A DNA stretch of 64,000 nucleotides from Gammaproteobacteria bacterium. Its GTDB lineage: Bacteria; Pseudomonadota; Gammaproteobacteria; Pseudomonadales; Azotimanducaceae. The stretch lies in the NCBI GenBank assembly GCA_016874135.1, contig VGVE01000006.1:1085-65084 (forward strand), given 5' to 3'. The notes under the pieces are model-generated. The model did no database searches. It was not told the DNA's origin and was given only the letters and a program-made list of their open reading frames with translations. Below are positions 9,813 through 18,912 of the stretch, in pieces. The position numbers and the translations under genes were made by a program. Positions within the stretch are counted from its first letter, which is position 1. Each line of letters begins with the position of its first letter.

Positions 9813-12146
9813 ATGGCTACCCAGGCGCTCGATGGCATTCGAATACTTGATCTGACCTTGGGTCCACTCGGCGGCATGGCGATGACGGTGTTTGCGGACT
9901 TCGGTGCGCAGGTGCTCAGCGTCAGGCGCTGCGATCGGTTCGCCTTTCTTCCTGCGGCGCCGATGTGGCGGCGGGGAACGGTAGCGATCGATCTGGACGT
10001 AAAGGCGGATCGGAAAAGGTTCGATGCACTCTGTGCCGGCGCTGACGTGCTGGTGATCAACTGGCGCCCACAAACCCGCATGAGCGCCGGCGTTGATGTA
10101 CGTGAGATGCGGCGATCCTTTCCGCACCTCGTGATCTGCTCGATCACCTCATTCGGTGCAGGTGATTCACGTTCCGAACTGCCTGGGTACGAACATGTGG
10201 TAGCGGCTGCCAGCGGCCGCATGTTGCACTTCACCGGTTGCCCTGACCGTGAAGGTCCAGCCTTCTCTGCCCTGCAGGTCGGGATCCATGCCTGCGTCCA
10301 GTCGGTGGTCAGCGGTGTGTTGGCCGCTTTGTTGGCGCGGGATCAACACGGCCAGGGATCACTGGTGGAAACCAGCCTGTTGCAATCACTTCTCGCCTAT
10401 GAGCAGGGCGCGCTGCTCGGCGAGCAGTTCCGTCACGTTCTGGGTGATGTGGTCGACGGAGTGGCAGGATCCGCAGATCAGGCGCCACTGCCTTCATTGC
10501 ATTACCTGCCAACACAAGCCGGTGATGGCCGCTGGGTGCAGCTGGGCAATCTGTTGCCACATCTCTTCGACAACTTCCTCGTGGCGACGGAACTGATCGA
10601 CATCCTCGCTGATCCGGATTACGACACTGCGCAGATGGTGCTGCCAGAAGCGAAGCGCGAACACTTTCGCGACCTGATGTTCCGACGCATGCAGGAGAAG
10701 ACAGCCGCGGAGTGGATGGAGGTGTTCATCGACAACGGCAGCGTCGTTGCGGGCCTCATCCAGTCCACACAGGATGCGATGAAAGATGCGGACATGGTTG
10801 CCAACGGGCATGTGATTCCGCTCGGCGGGAGGGTGCAACTCGGACCGTTGGCACGGCTTTCGGAAACCCCTGCACTCCCTCGTTTTGGTGTGGCTGACGG
10901 AGAGAGAGTCGCTCTGGCGTGGCAACAAACGCCACGGGCCTCTGTTTCCTTGCAGCCGAATACATCGTTACCGCTCCATGGTATTCGTGTGGTTGAAATC
11001 GCGACCATCATCGCTGCACCTTTTGGTGCATCTTTGCTCGCCGAGCTCGGAGCCGATGTGATCAAGGTTGAACCGATCGGCGGTGATCCCTATCGCGGCC
11101 TTGCCGGTGGCATTGGTGCATGCCGCGTCAATCTCGGCAAACGCAGCATCTGCGTCGATCTCAAACATCCTGATGGCCAGGCTGTGGTGCGCGAGCTGTT
11201 GCGCGACAGCGATGTGCTGATTCACAACTTCAGGCCTGGCGTGCCGGAGAAACTCGGCATCGACGCTGCGACCCTGCACGCCATTAATTCCCGCCTCGTG
11301 TATCTGCAGAGCAATGGCTATGGGCCGGAAGGTCCTGGCGCGCATCGACCGAGCACTCATCCGATCCCCGGTGCCGGCATGGGTGGTGTGCACCTGCAGA
11401 TGGGTGGGCAGTTACCTACGGAATTGCTTGATCTCGATCAGCTCAGAGCCTGGTCACGGCGCCTGATGCGCGCCAATGAAGTGAATCCGGATCCCAATAC
11501 CGCTCTAGTCGTCGCTTCCAGTGCGCTGCTCGGGCTCGCAGCCCGACAGCGCACCGGCCGCGGCCAGGTGGTGTTCGTTGATATGTTTGGCGCGAACGCC
11601 TGGGCGAATGCGGATGACTTTCTGGACTATCCCGGGAAACCCGCCAGACATTATCCCGATGTGAATCAATACGGTCTGTCGCCGCTGTATCGCCTCTACC
11701 GATGTGGCGATGGTACCTGGGTGTTTCTTGCGCTCGTGTCTGCCGAAGAGCGCGCTCGGGCCAAAGAGTTATTCGAAGGGGTAGGGCACGCTGCCGTGGA
11801 TCTTGAGAACCACTCAGCACTCGAAAGGGTGTTCGGATCCTCACCAGCGAGCGATTGGGTGAAGCGCTTTGTGTCTGGTGGTCTTGCCTGTGTGCCAGCA
11901 GATGGCGCCCTGCCGAAGTTCTTCTGGCAGCTACCGGAACAGACCGTATTTGTTGCACCCAGCCGTCATGCCATCTGGGGTGACTTCCAGCGGCCGGGGT
12001 CTCTGGTCCGGTTTGATGGTTTACCGCAGGCAAACCTCAACCCGCCCGTTGCCGGCGAACACACCCGGGAACTGCTGGCACTCGCCGGGCGAAAAGATGC
12101 GGCCATCGACAATCTGCTGGATTCAGGAGCGGTGGCAGGGGTATAG
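9813..12146 (+). CDS. Family III (CaiB/BaiF) CoA-transferase, tandem two-module fusion
   Basis: 777 aa, about twice the usual size. There are two N-terminal-type motifs: LDGIRILDLTLGPLGGMAMTVFADFGAQVLSV at residue ~6 and LHGIRVVEIATIIAAPFGASLLAELGADVIKVEPIGGDPYR at residue ~388. The second module keeps the NPDPNT...LLGLAARQRTGRGQ Asp motif. Confidence 0.85.
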   Translation: MATQALDGIRILDLTLGPLGGMAMTVFADFGAQVLSVRRCDRFAFLPAAPMWRRGTVAIDLDVKADRKRFDALCAGADVLVINWRPQTRMSAGVDVREMRRSFPHLVICSITSFGAGDSRSELPGYEHVVAAASGRMLHFTGCPDREGPAFSALQVGIHACVQSVVSGVLAALLARDQHGQGSLVETSLLQSLLAYEQGALLGEQFRHVLGDVVDGVAGSADQAPLPSLHYLPTQAGDGRWVQLGNLLPHLFDNFLVATELIDILADPDYDTAQMVLPEAKREHFRDLMFRRMQEKTAAEWMEVFIDNGSVVAGLIQSTQDAMKDADMVANGHVIPLGGRVQLGPLARLSETPALPRFGVADGERVALAWQQTPRASVSLQPNTSLPLHGIRVVEIATIIAAPFGASLLAELGADVIKVEPIGGDPYRGLAGGIGACRVNLGKRSICVDLKHPDGQAVVRELLRDSDVLIHNFRPGVPEKLGIDAATLHAINSRLVYLQSNGYGPEGPGAHRPSTHPIPGAGMGGVHLQMGGQLPTELLDLDQLRAWSRRLMRANEVNPDPNTALVVASSALLGLAARQRTGRGQVVFVDMFGANAWANADDFLDYPGKPARHYPDVNQYGLSPLYRLYRCGDGTWVFLALVSAEERARAKELFEGVGHAAVDLENHSALERVFGSSPASDWVKRFVSGGLACVPADGALPKFFWQLPEQTVFVAPSRHAIWGDFQRPGSLVRFDGLPQANLNPPVAGEHTRELLALAGRKDAAIDNLLDSGAVAGV

Positions 12147-12155
12147 AATCCGGCC

Positions 12156-13091
12156 ATGAACGCCACAGCATCCCCGCTGCAGAAGCCGCCGGATTTCCTC
12201 ACCCCGGAAGAGATCCGTGCTTTGCGTACGCTCAATCCTTATGCGGCGTGGTGGGGCACCCTGCATTGTTGGGGTGTGATTGTCGGCACTTGGGCGGTGG
12301 TGGTGATCTGGACCCACCCGCTCACGATTCTCCTCGGCATCATGATCATCGGTACCCGCCAGCTCGGCCTCGGTGTGCTGGGTCACGATGCTGCCCACTT
12401 CACGCTGTTCAACAACAAGGCGCTGAACGACTGGTGTGCCGAATGGTTGATGAACCGGCCTCTTGTTGGCACGACGGTGCTGGGGTATCGCAAGTACCAT
12501 CTCGGGCACCACAAGTTCACACAACAGGCGAATGACCCGGACCTTTTTCTCTCCAAGCCGTTCCCTACGGAGCGCACGAGCCTCAGGCGCAAGATCATTC
12601 GCGATCTCACCGGGCAAACAGGTTTCAAACAGTACGGATCGGTACTGCGCGAAGCGTTCAAAGGGAAATCACTGGCCGAATCGCTGCGGAACGGATTATG
12701 TCGCCTCGGGCCGAACATCGCCATCAACCTCGTCTTCCTCGGCGGGTTTGCGCTCACAGGTAAGTGGTATCTCTACTTCCTGCTCTGGTGGGTACCGGCG
12801 CTGACCTGGAACAGGTTGGTTACGCGGCTGCGCAACATTGCGGAACACGGCGCGGTTCCGGACAACGATGATCGATTGCGCAACACCCGGACCGTGATTG
12901 CGAGCTGGCTAGAACGGGCGTTCATCGCGCCGTATCGGGTGAACTATCACCTTGAACATCATTTGCTCGTCAGCTGCCCGTTCTATCGCCTGCCACGGAT
13001 GCACAGGCTGCTGATCGAACGTGGCTTCGGCCCGCGGATGGAAGTGCGTCATGGCTATCGGGAGATGCTCAAACAGGTCGTTCGCGCCTGA
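12156..13091 (+). CDS. Membrane fatty-acid desaturase family protein
   Basis: 311 aa with three histidine boxes: HDAAH, HLGHHKF and HLEHHL. Hydrophobic segments lie between the boxes. Confidence 0.8.
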   Translation: MNATASPLQKPPDFLTPEEIRALRTLNPYAAWWGTLHCWGVIVGTWAVVVIWTHPLTILLGIMIIGTRQLGLGVLGHDAAHFTLFNNKALNDWCAEWLMNRPLVGTTVLGYRKYHLGHHKFTQQANDPDLFLSKPFPTERTSLRRKIIRDLTGQTGFKQYGSVLREAFKGKSLAESLRNGLCRLGPNIAINLVFLGGFALTGKWYLYFLLWWVPALTWNRLVTRLRNIAEHGAVPDNDDRLRNTRTVIASWLERAFIAPYRVNYHLEHHLLVSCPFYRLPRMHRLLIERGFGPRMEVRHGYREMLKQVVRA

Positions 13092-13150
13092 GGTAGTCAG
13101 AAGCGAACACGAGAACCGAGGACAACAACCATTTTCTGTGGGGGGGGGTT

Positions 13151-13648
13151 ATGCCGCATCTGACCGACGCTGAACGGGATGAGTTCCTGAATGAGCGGGG
13201 TGTGCTCATGCGTATTGCCGTGGTGCGTGCTGACGGCAGTCCTCTGGTGACGCCGATCTGGTTTCTGTATGAAGAAGGTGCCATCTGGTTCACGCCCCGC
13301 GACAAGTCCGAGTGGTTCGCTTGTCTGAGAAGTGATCCGCGGGTGGCGCTCTGCATAGACGAACAGCCTCTGCCGTATCGAAAGGTACTGCTCGAAGGCA
13401 AAGCGCAGTTGATGTACGACACAGGTACGGATGATGTATGGCGGGAACGTTACCGCCGCATCGCACGACGTTATGTGGATGACGCGGGTGCTGACGGGTA
13501 CATTAGCAATACGATCGATCAACCCCGTGGACTTTTCCGCCTTAAGCTCGCCGACGCCGACGTGAAAACCTGGCGCATGCCATTGCCGGGAGAAGACGGC
13601 ATGGGCATCTGGCACAACCGCTACTACACACCAGGGACGAAATTCTGA
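13151..13648 (+). CDS. PPOX-class split-beta-barrel flavoprotein (pyridoxamine 5'-phosphate oxidase family, possibly F420-dependent)
   Basis: 165 aa. ...GVLMRIAVVRADGSPLVTPIWFLYEEGAIWFTPRDKSEWFACLRSDPRVALCID... is a typical PNPOx-like core. Confidence 0.7.
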   Translation: MPHLTDAERDEFLNERGVLMRIAVVRADGSPLVTPIWFLYEEGAIWFTPRDKSEWFACLRSDPRVALCIDEQPLPYRKVLLEGKAQLMYDTGTDDVWRERYRRIARRYVDDAGADGYISNTIDQPRGLFRLKLADADVKTWRMPLPGEDGMGIWHNRYYTPGTKF

Positions 13649-14154
13649 TGGGCGCGCTCCAACTGCTGCTGGTTGCGAACGTGCTGTCGTCGGGTCCCGA
13701 CGGGTTTGTCTCCGAACATGTGCTTGACATCAGGGCAACGCCGGCCGGAGTGTATGCGGCACTCACCGAAGATGTCGGGCGATGGTGGGATGCGGCCCAT
13801 TCCTATACCGGTGATGCCCACAACTTCTCCATCGATCCGCGTGCAGGCGGCTGTTTCTTTGAGCACTTCCCCAATTGCGGCAGTATCGAACACATGCGGG
13901 TGCTGTATGCCGATCCGGCCAAGTTCCTGCGTATGCAGGGTGGGCTCGGGCCGCTGCAGGCGATGCCCGTGAGTGGTGTCATGGACTTCGAGTTTGTGTC
14001 GACCGACAAAGACACCCGTCTTACGTATCGGTTTAGCGTGCATGGACCGGTCACAGCCGGCCTTGAAGGCATGGCTGCGCCGGTGGATGCCGTCCAGCTT
14101 GGGCAACTGAAGCGGTTACAGGCGTGGGTGGAGGGTGAAGCGGGAGAAGAGTGA
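13648..14154 (+). CDS. SRPBCC/Aha1-like ligand-binding domain protein
   Basis: 168 aa. ...IRATPAGVYAALTEDVGRWWD... is typical of Aha1/SRPBCC proteins. Its ATG overlaps the TGA of the preceding gene (ATGA-type coupling at 13645-13650). Confidence 0.65.
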   Translation: MGALQLLLVANVLSSGPDGFVSEHVLDIRATPAGVYAALTEDVGRWWDAAHSYTGDAHNFSIDPRAGGCFFEHFPNCGSIEHMRVLYADPAKFLRMQGGLGPLQAMPVSGVMDFEFVSTDKDTRLTYRFSVHGPVTAGLEGMAAPVDAVQLGQLKRLQAWVEGEAGEE

Positions 14155-14840
14155 ATGGAACCGGTCGTCACGCGACCAGGATGACTCAGTAACTTAAGTA
14201 GAAATAGTCGGTGTGTTGAAGACAGCAAGAACAGAGGCTGTTTTCTGATTGGTGTGAAGGTATCACCCGGTGTGATCCATAGTGGGTGATGCGAGCGAGG
14301 CGGAGGTAGTGGACCGAGCGCTGGTGAATAGCCGGCAGAGAAATGGTCGAAGACCTGCATCACCTACCCAGCACCACCTATTCACTCGCTCGCCCCGAGC
14401 TTCGGCTACCAGGGTGTTGAAGAACGGCCGCAGCAGAACGGCAGCAGCGCGGAGTGTAATGCCCTTGAGTGTGGACCGACGTCGCTCTTGCGTTGGTTAC
14501 ATTCCGCACTGGTTCGACCTTACTTGCATTCTTTTCGACTCTATGTTCTTTTGCCAGCAACCCGATGGTCCTTGGGAAGGGAAGATCGGCAGGAGCAGGG
14601 AGAACGTTGCTGTCCTCTGCATGCTTGGCACCGCATTGCGCCGGAACGCCATGGCTCTGTCGAATCGTTTGAGTTCCCGAATCAACGGGCGCCTGTCGGT
14701 AGCAGACGACCTGCGGGGTCACGCCGCTCCGGTAGGGGTACCGGGCGCTGCGATGCGTCTGGAACAGCTCGCCGTATCTAGGTGCGGTCTTCGACCGTAC
14801 CCGACAGCGGCAACAACGTGCCTAATTCGGAGAGATATCT

Positions 14841-17471
14841 ATGACTCGCAGATTCGTCGCGCGCACAGGCGCGCTGTTGATTTCCGCGACAGCGTCGTTG
14901 CCGACCGTCGCGGCGGACTCGTCCGCCGCGAGCAGCGGCATCGAGGAAATCGTCGTCACCGCGCAGAAGCGCGAGGAGAGCATCAACGACGTCGGCATGG
15001 CGATCGACGCCGCTTCCGGCGACCGGCTGAAGGATCTTGGCGTGCGCGATACCGCCGAACTGTACAAGGTGGTCGCCAGCTTCAACTCGAACGTTACCTA
15101 CTACGGCACAACGATATACACGATCCGTGGTGTGGGCTTCCAGGACACCGCGCTGGCGTCCCAGCCTACCGTGTCCGTGTACGTCGACGAAGCCCCGATC
15201 CAGTTCGGCGCGATGACGCCCGGCGTGAACCTGGACCTCGAGCGCGTGGAAGCGCTGAAGGGTCCGCAAGGCACACTGTTCGGCCAGAACTCCACCGGCG
15301 GCGCAGTCAACTACATCACCAACAAGCCGACCGATGAGTTCGACGCCGGCTTGGATGTCAGCTATGGCCGGTTCAATGAGATCGATGCCCAGGCTTTCGT
15401 CAGCGGTCCGATGTCTGACGAGTTGCTCTATCGAGTCGCGGTGCGGTCGCTGACCTCCAGCGGTTGGCAAAAGAGCTACACGCGCGACCTGAACCTTGCG
15501 CCCGATCCGTATTGGACCAAGGCCGGTGACGTCTACGAGTTCGACGACCATGCGGGCAACAAGAAACTGTTGAGCGGGCGTGCACAGCTGCAGTGGGAGC
15601 CGAACGATCAGCTGACGGCACTGCTGACCCTGAGCGGATTCATCGATGAGGGCGATTCCCAGCGACCACAGCTGGCCGGCATCGCGCCGCTTAACCCGGT
15701 GAGCGCGTTGAACCCGCTGATCGACAACTACCCGCTCGCGAGTAAGAACAACCGTTCGGCGGATTGGGGACCCTGCGTCAATGTCGTCGACGCCAACCCC
15801 GCACTGGTGACCGGCAGGTCGGCCGGCTTCGGCAGCGTCGTCATCGGCCAGCGTGACCCCGATGGCAACGCCGAGAACCTCAACAACCGGCTCTACCGAG
15901 GCTGCAAGGACGCCGCCAAGGATAACGACATGTGGTCAGGCACGCTGCGCCTGGACTACGCATTCGACAACGACATGCTGGTCACATCGCTGACCAGCTA
16001 CAACGACTTCAACCGCGACCAGCGCTTGGAGTCCGACGGCACGATCTACCAGGACTACGAGTCGTTCCAGCGCGGCAAGATCGAGACCTTCTCGCAGGAA
16101 TTGCGCCTGTCGGGTGGGTTCAATGGCGAAGGCAACTGGGTGGTCGGCGCCAATTACGAGAGCACCGAAACCGACGATCGCTTCCTGCAGACTTACGGCA
16201 TCTCGTCGGCGGTGCCGACGGTCGTGTTCAACCGCGTCCCGCTCGGGCCTACCCGTCCGAATAATGCGCAGGACACCGATACCTGGGCTGTGTTCGCCAA
16301 CGCAGCCTACCCACTCGGCTCAGAATTCACCGCGAATGCCGGTATCCGTTACACCAACCAGAAGCGTGACTATCGCGGTTGCGGTTCGGATGGTGGCGAC
16401 GGCACTTGGGCGGACATCTCGGCGGAAATCCAGCAGCTGCTGCAGCTGGTCAACCGCGGCAAGTTCCCGCCGGGCGCGAATTTCATCAATGATCTCGCGG
16501 CCACCACGCCACTGGATGCCGGCCCGGGCAACTGTGCCAGCACCGGCCCCGCGCCGCTGTTTCTTCCGGAGCCGGCTGGTTTCACCGACGAGCTGAACGA
16601 GGACAATGTGTCGTGGCGCGTCGGCCTCGACTGGGCCTACAGCGACGACGCGCTGGTCTACGCCTCAGTGAGCCAGGGCTTCAAGTCCGGCAGCTTCCCG
16701 ACCGTGGCATCGGCCGCCTTCACGCAGCTGTTCCCGGCCCGCCAGGAAGAACTGCTCGCTTACGAACTGGGTGCGAAGTTGCGCCTGTTCGACGGTACCA
16801 TGCAGGCCAACGTCGCTGGGTGGTATTACGACTACACCGACAAGCAGATCCTCGGTGCGGTTCCGGACCCGATCTTTGGCTCGCTACCGGCACTGGTAAA
16901 CGTGCCTGATTCGCACGTCTACGGCTTCGAAGCGAATATCGAGTGGTACCCGATCGAAGGTCTGCGGATCGCCCCGCAGGCGAGCTACACGTTCTCGCAG
17001 ATCGACGGCAAGTTCCGCAACTTCGACCCGTTCTTCTCCGGCACCCGCAACCCGAACACCAAGGATTTTTCGGGTGAGCCGTTCCCGAATGTGCCGAAGT
17101 GGACCGCAAACATCGATGTGCAATACGAGTGGGACATGGCCAACGGCTGGCTGGCGTTCGTCGGCGCGAACTGGAACTTCCAGTCCTCGACCCGGGGCTT
17201 CTTCTACGATCGTTGCCAGGAGCCGGGTATATCGTGCACCCGCACGGATGCCGGCGTCCGCGGTGATTCGGACCTCGCTATTAACACGCGTGCGTTGCTC
17301 GACCTGCGGGCCGGCATCGAGTTCGAATCGTGGAGGGTTTTCGCGTTCGGCCGCAACGTGACCAACAAGTACTACTGGGACACGATGTCACACGTCAACG
17401 ACGTGCTGCTGCGCTGGACTGGTGCACCGGCAACCTACGGTGTGTCGGTCTCGTACCGTCTGGCCGAATGA
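14841..17471 (+). CDS. TonB-dependent outer-membrane receptor
   Basis: 876 aa. Signal peptide ALLISATASLPTVAADS. Plug region IEEIVVTAQKREESINDVGMAI, ERVEALKGPQGTLFGQNSTGGAVNYITNKP. Long beta-barrel. Confidence 0.9.
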   Translation: MTRRFVARTGALLISATASLPTVAADSSAASSGIEEIVVTAQKREESINDVGMAIDAASGDRLKDLGVRDTAELYKVVASFNSNVTYYGTTIYTIRGVGFQDTALASQPTVSVYVDEAPIQFGAMTPGVNLDLERVEALKGPQGTLFGQNSTGGAVNYITNKPTDEFDAGLDVSYGRFNEIDAQAFVSGPMSDELLYRVAVRSLTSSGWQKSYTRDLNLAPDPYWTKAGDVYEFDDHAGNKKLLSGRAQLQWEPNDQLTALLTLSGFIDEGDSQRPQLAGIAPLNPVSALNPLIDNYPLASKNNRSADWGPCVNVVDANPALVTGRSAGFGSVVIGQRDPDGNAENLNNRLYRGCKDAAKDNDMWSGTLRLDYAFDNDMLVTSLTSYNDFNRDQRLESDGTIYQDYESFQRGKIETFSQELRLSGGFNGEGNWVVGANYESTETDDRFLQTYGISSAVPTVVFNRVPLGPTRPNNAQDTDTWAVFANAAYPLGSEFTANAGIRYTNQKRDYRGCGSDGGDGTWADISAEIQQLLQLVNRGKFPPGANFINDLAATTPLDAGPGNCASTGPAPLFLPEPAGFTDELNEDNVSWRVGLDWAYSDDALVYASVSQGFKSGSFPTVASAAFTQLFPARQEELLAYELGAKLRLFDGTMQANVAGWYYDYTDKQILGAVPDPIFGSLPALVNVPDSHVYGFEANIEWYPIEGLRIAPQASYTFSQIDGKFRNFDPFFSGTRNPNTKDFSGEPFPNVPKWTANIDVQYEWDMANGWLAFVGANWNFQSSTRGFFYDRCQEPGISCTRTDAGVRGDSDLAINTRALLDLRAGIEFESWRVFAFGRNVTNKYYWDTMSHVNDVLLRWTGAPATYGVSVSYRLAE

Positions 17472-17510
17472 CATTCACCCGGCCGCATACCGGCCAAATG
17501 GGATGACCAA

Positions 17511-17532
17511 GAGGGGCGCTCCGGCGCCCCTC
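17511..17532 (+). terminator. Hairpin downstream of the TonB-dependent receptor gene, a candidate intrinsic terminator
   Basis: gaggggcgc-tccg-gcgcccctc gives a perfect 9-bp GC-rich stem 40 nt after the stop. The following T-tract is weak (atgcatttcc). Confidence 0.5.
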
Positions 17533-17674
17533 ATGCATTTCCTCTCACCGTTGGCGCATCCTTCCTGCGTATGCTCCGCTGCGTCATTCACTCCCGCCGC
17601 TCAAACTCTTGCGCTGCAAGTCCGCGAATACGCTCAGCGTATTGAGCGCAGGAAAGCTAACGGGCACCCTCTGG

Positions 17675-18664
17675 TTAGTTTAAAAGTTCCACCTGTTTTG
17701 AGCGTTCGTGGCCGAAGCGGAGGTGATGGACCAATCGTTGCTGAATGACTGAGAGATGCTGCACTAACGATTCCAGCGCTGCCTTCACTGCGCAACCGGG
17801 TTCTGAGTGGTGCGCGCAATCTGAGAACCTGCAACGCAGCGTCAGCGATTCAATGTCGTTGAAAAGTTCCGAAACGCCGCGTTCCAGGCTAGCGAGACCC
17901 AATTCGCGCATACCCGGCACATCCAGCAGCAGTGCGCCGCCTTCAAGTCGGTGCAGCGAACGCGACGTGGTGGTGTGCCGTCCATGCGCATCGTCTTCCC
18001 GGATTCCGCCCATCAGCTGCAACACACGCCCGGCGAGCGTATTCACCAATGTTGATTTGCCGATGCCGGAAGAATCGATCAATGCCACTGTTTGCCCGGC
18101 TTCACATAAGGTGCGTGTCCCTTCGAGCGTCGATGCATCGAGCGCGTTGACCAACTCGACGGGCACACTTGCTGATATCGCGCGGATGCGATCCACGAAC
18201 GCATCCGCGTCAGCGACAAGATCCATCTTCGTCAACACCACAACCGCATGCGCCCCTGAATCCCCGGCAACGGCGAGATAGCGTTCAAGCCGGGAAGCGT
18301 TGAACTCCTCATTGCAGGAGGTGACGATGAATATCGTGTCGATGTTGGCGGCGATGAGCTGCACTTCTGCAACTACACCGGCAGAAAGCCGTTTCAGCAG
18401 GCTTTTGCGCTTAAGCAAGCGCGCAACCCTGTCTTTTGATGTGTTCAGCAGCAGCCAGTCACCTACTGTCGGGCGTGTCTCAGGCGCATCCGCATACCAG
18501 CTGCTGCCAAGAGCGACTCGGTACTCAGCGTCGGCGTCCGTTACGACGATGCCCGACCGATGTACGGCAATCACCCGGCAGGGAATGTGTGTTTCGAGCT
18601 CGTCGACGTTGAGCTGACTCGAAAAAAAGTGACTCCAGCCGTAGTCCTTCAATGTCATGTTCAT
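17675..18664 (-). CDS. rsgA: Ribosome small-subunit-dependent GTPase A
   Basis: 329 aa. Circularly permuted GTPase motifs VLTKMDL and LIDSSGIGKSTLVNTL, then HGRHTTT and the zinc knuckle CRFSDCAHHSEPGCAV. Confidence 0.9.
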   Translation of the reverse strand: MNMTLKDYGWSHFFSSQLNVDELETHIPCRVIAVHRSGIVVTDADAEYRVALGSSWYADAPETRPTVGDWLLLNTSKDRVARLLKRKSLLKRLSAGVVAEVQLIAANIDTIFIVTSCNEEFNASRLERYLAVAGDSGAHAVVVLTKMDLVADADAFVDRIRAISASVPVELVNALDASTLEGTRTLCEAGQTVALIDSSGIGKSTLVNTLAGRVLQLMGGIREDDAHGRHTTTSRSLHRLEGGALLLDVPGMRELGLASLERGVSELFNDIESLTLRCRFSDCAHHSEPGCAVKAALESLVQHLSVIQQRLVHHLRFGHERSKQVELLN

Positions 18665-18912
18665 TCCTCAAGCGAAAAACAAATGGCGCTGGCGCGCCTT
18701 CCGGATGAACCGGCTGCTTGAGCGGGAAGCGGGCGTGGTTTAGAGGTATCCGGTGGCGGGTACTAGGAAGCCGTTGTTCTACCCAGGCAGCGCGGGCGGT
18801 GTGCGGCGATGACAATCACAAAACATCGCCCGGGTGGGTTGAATGAAGGCGTTAGCATGCTTAACGAGCTCGACGATGGCAACCAGAGTCACGCTTGGCT
18901 TGTCATCGCGAG

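Noticed and set aside
14282-15337. 351-aa plus-strand ORF spanning the long leader and the 5' part of the receptor gene
   Set aside because: The translation is extremely Arg-rich (RRHRAEARGEHQRRRHGDRRRFRR). It overlaps the TonB-dependent receptor, which has a clear signal peptide and plug motifs, in another frame.
17621-17650. Hairpin aatacgc-tca-gcgtatt downstream of rsgA as a terminator
   Set aside because: The stem is only 7 bp and no T-tract follows on the minus strand. That is too weak to call.
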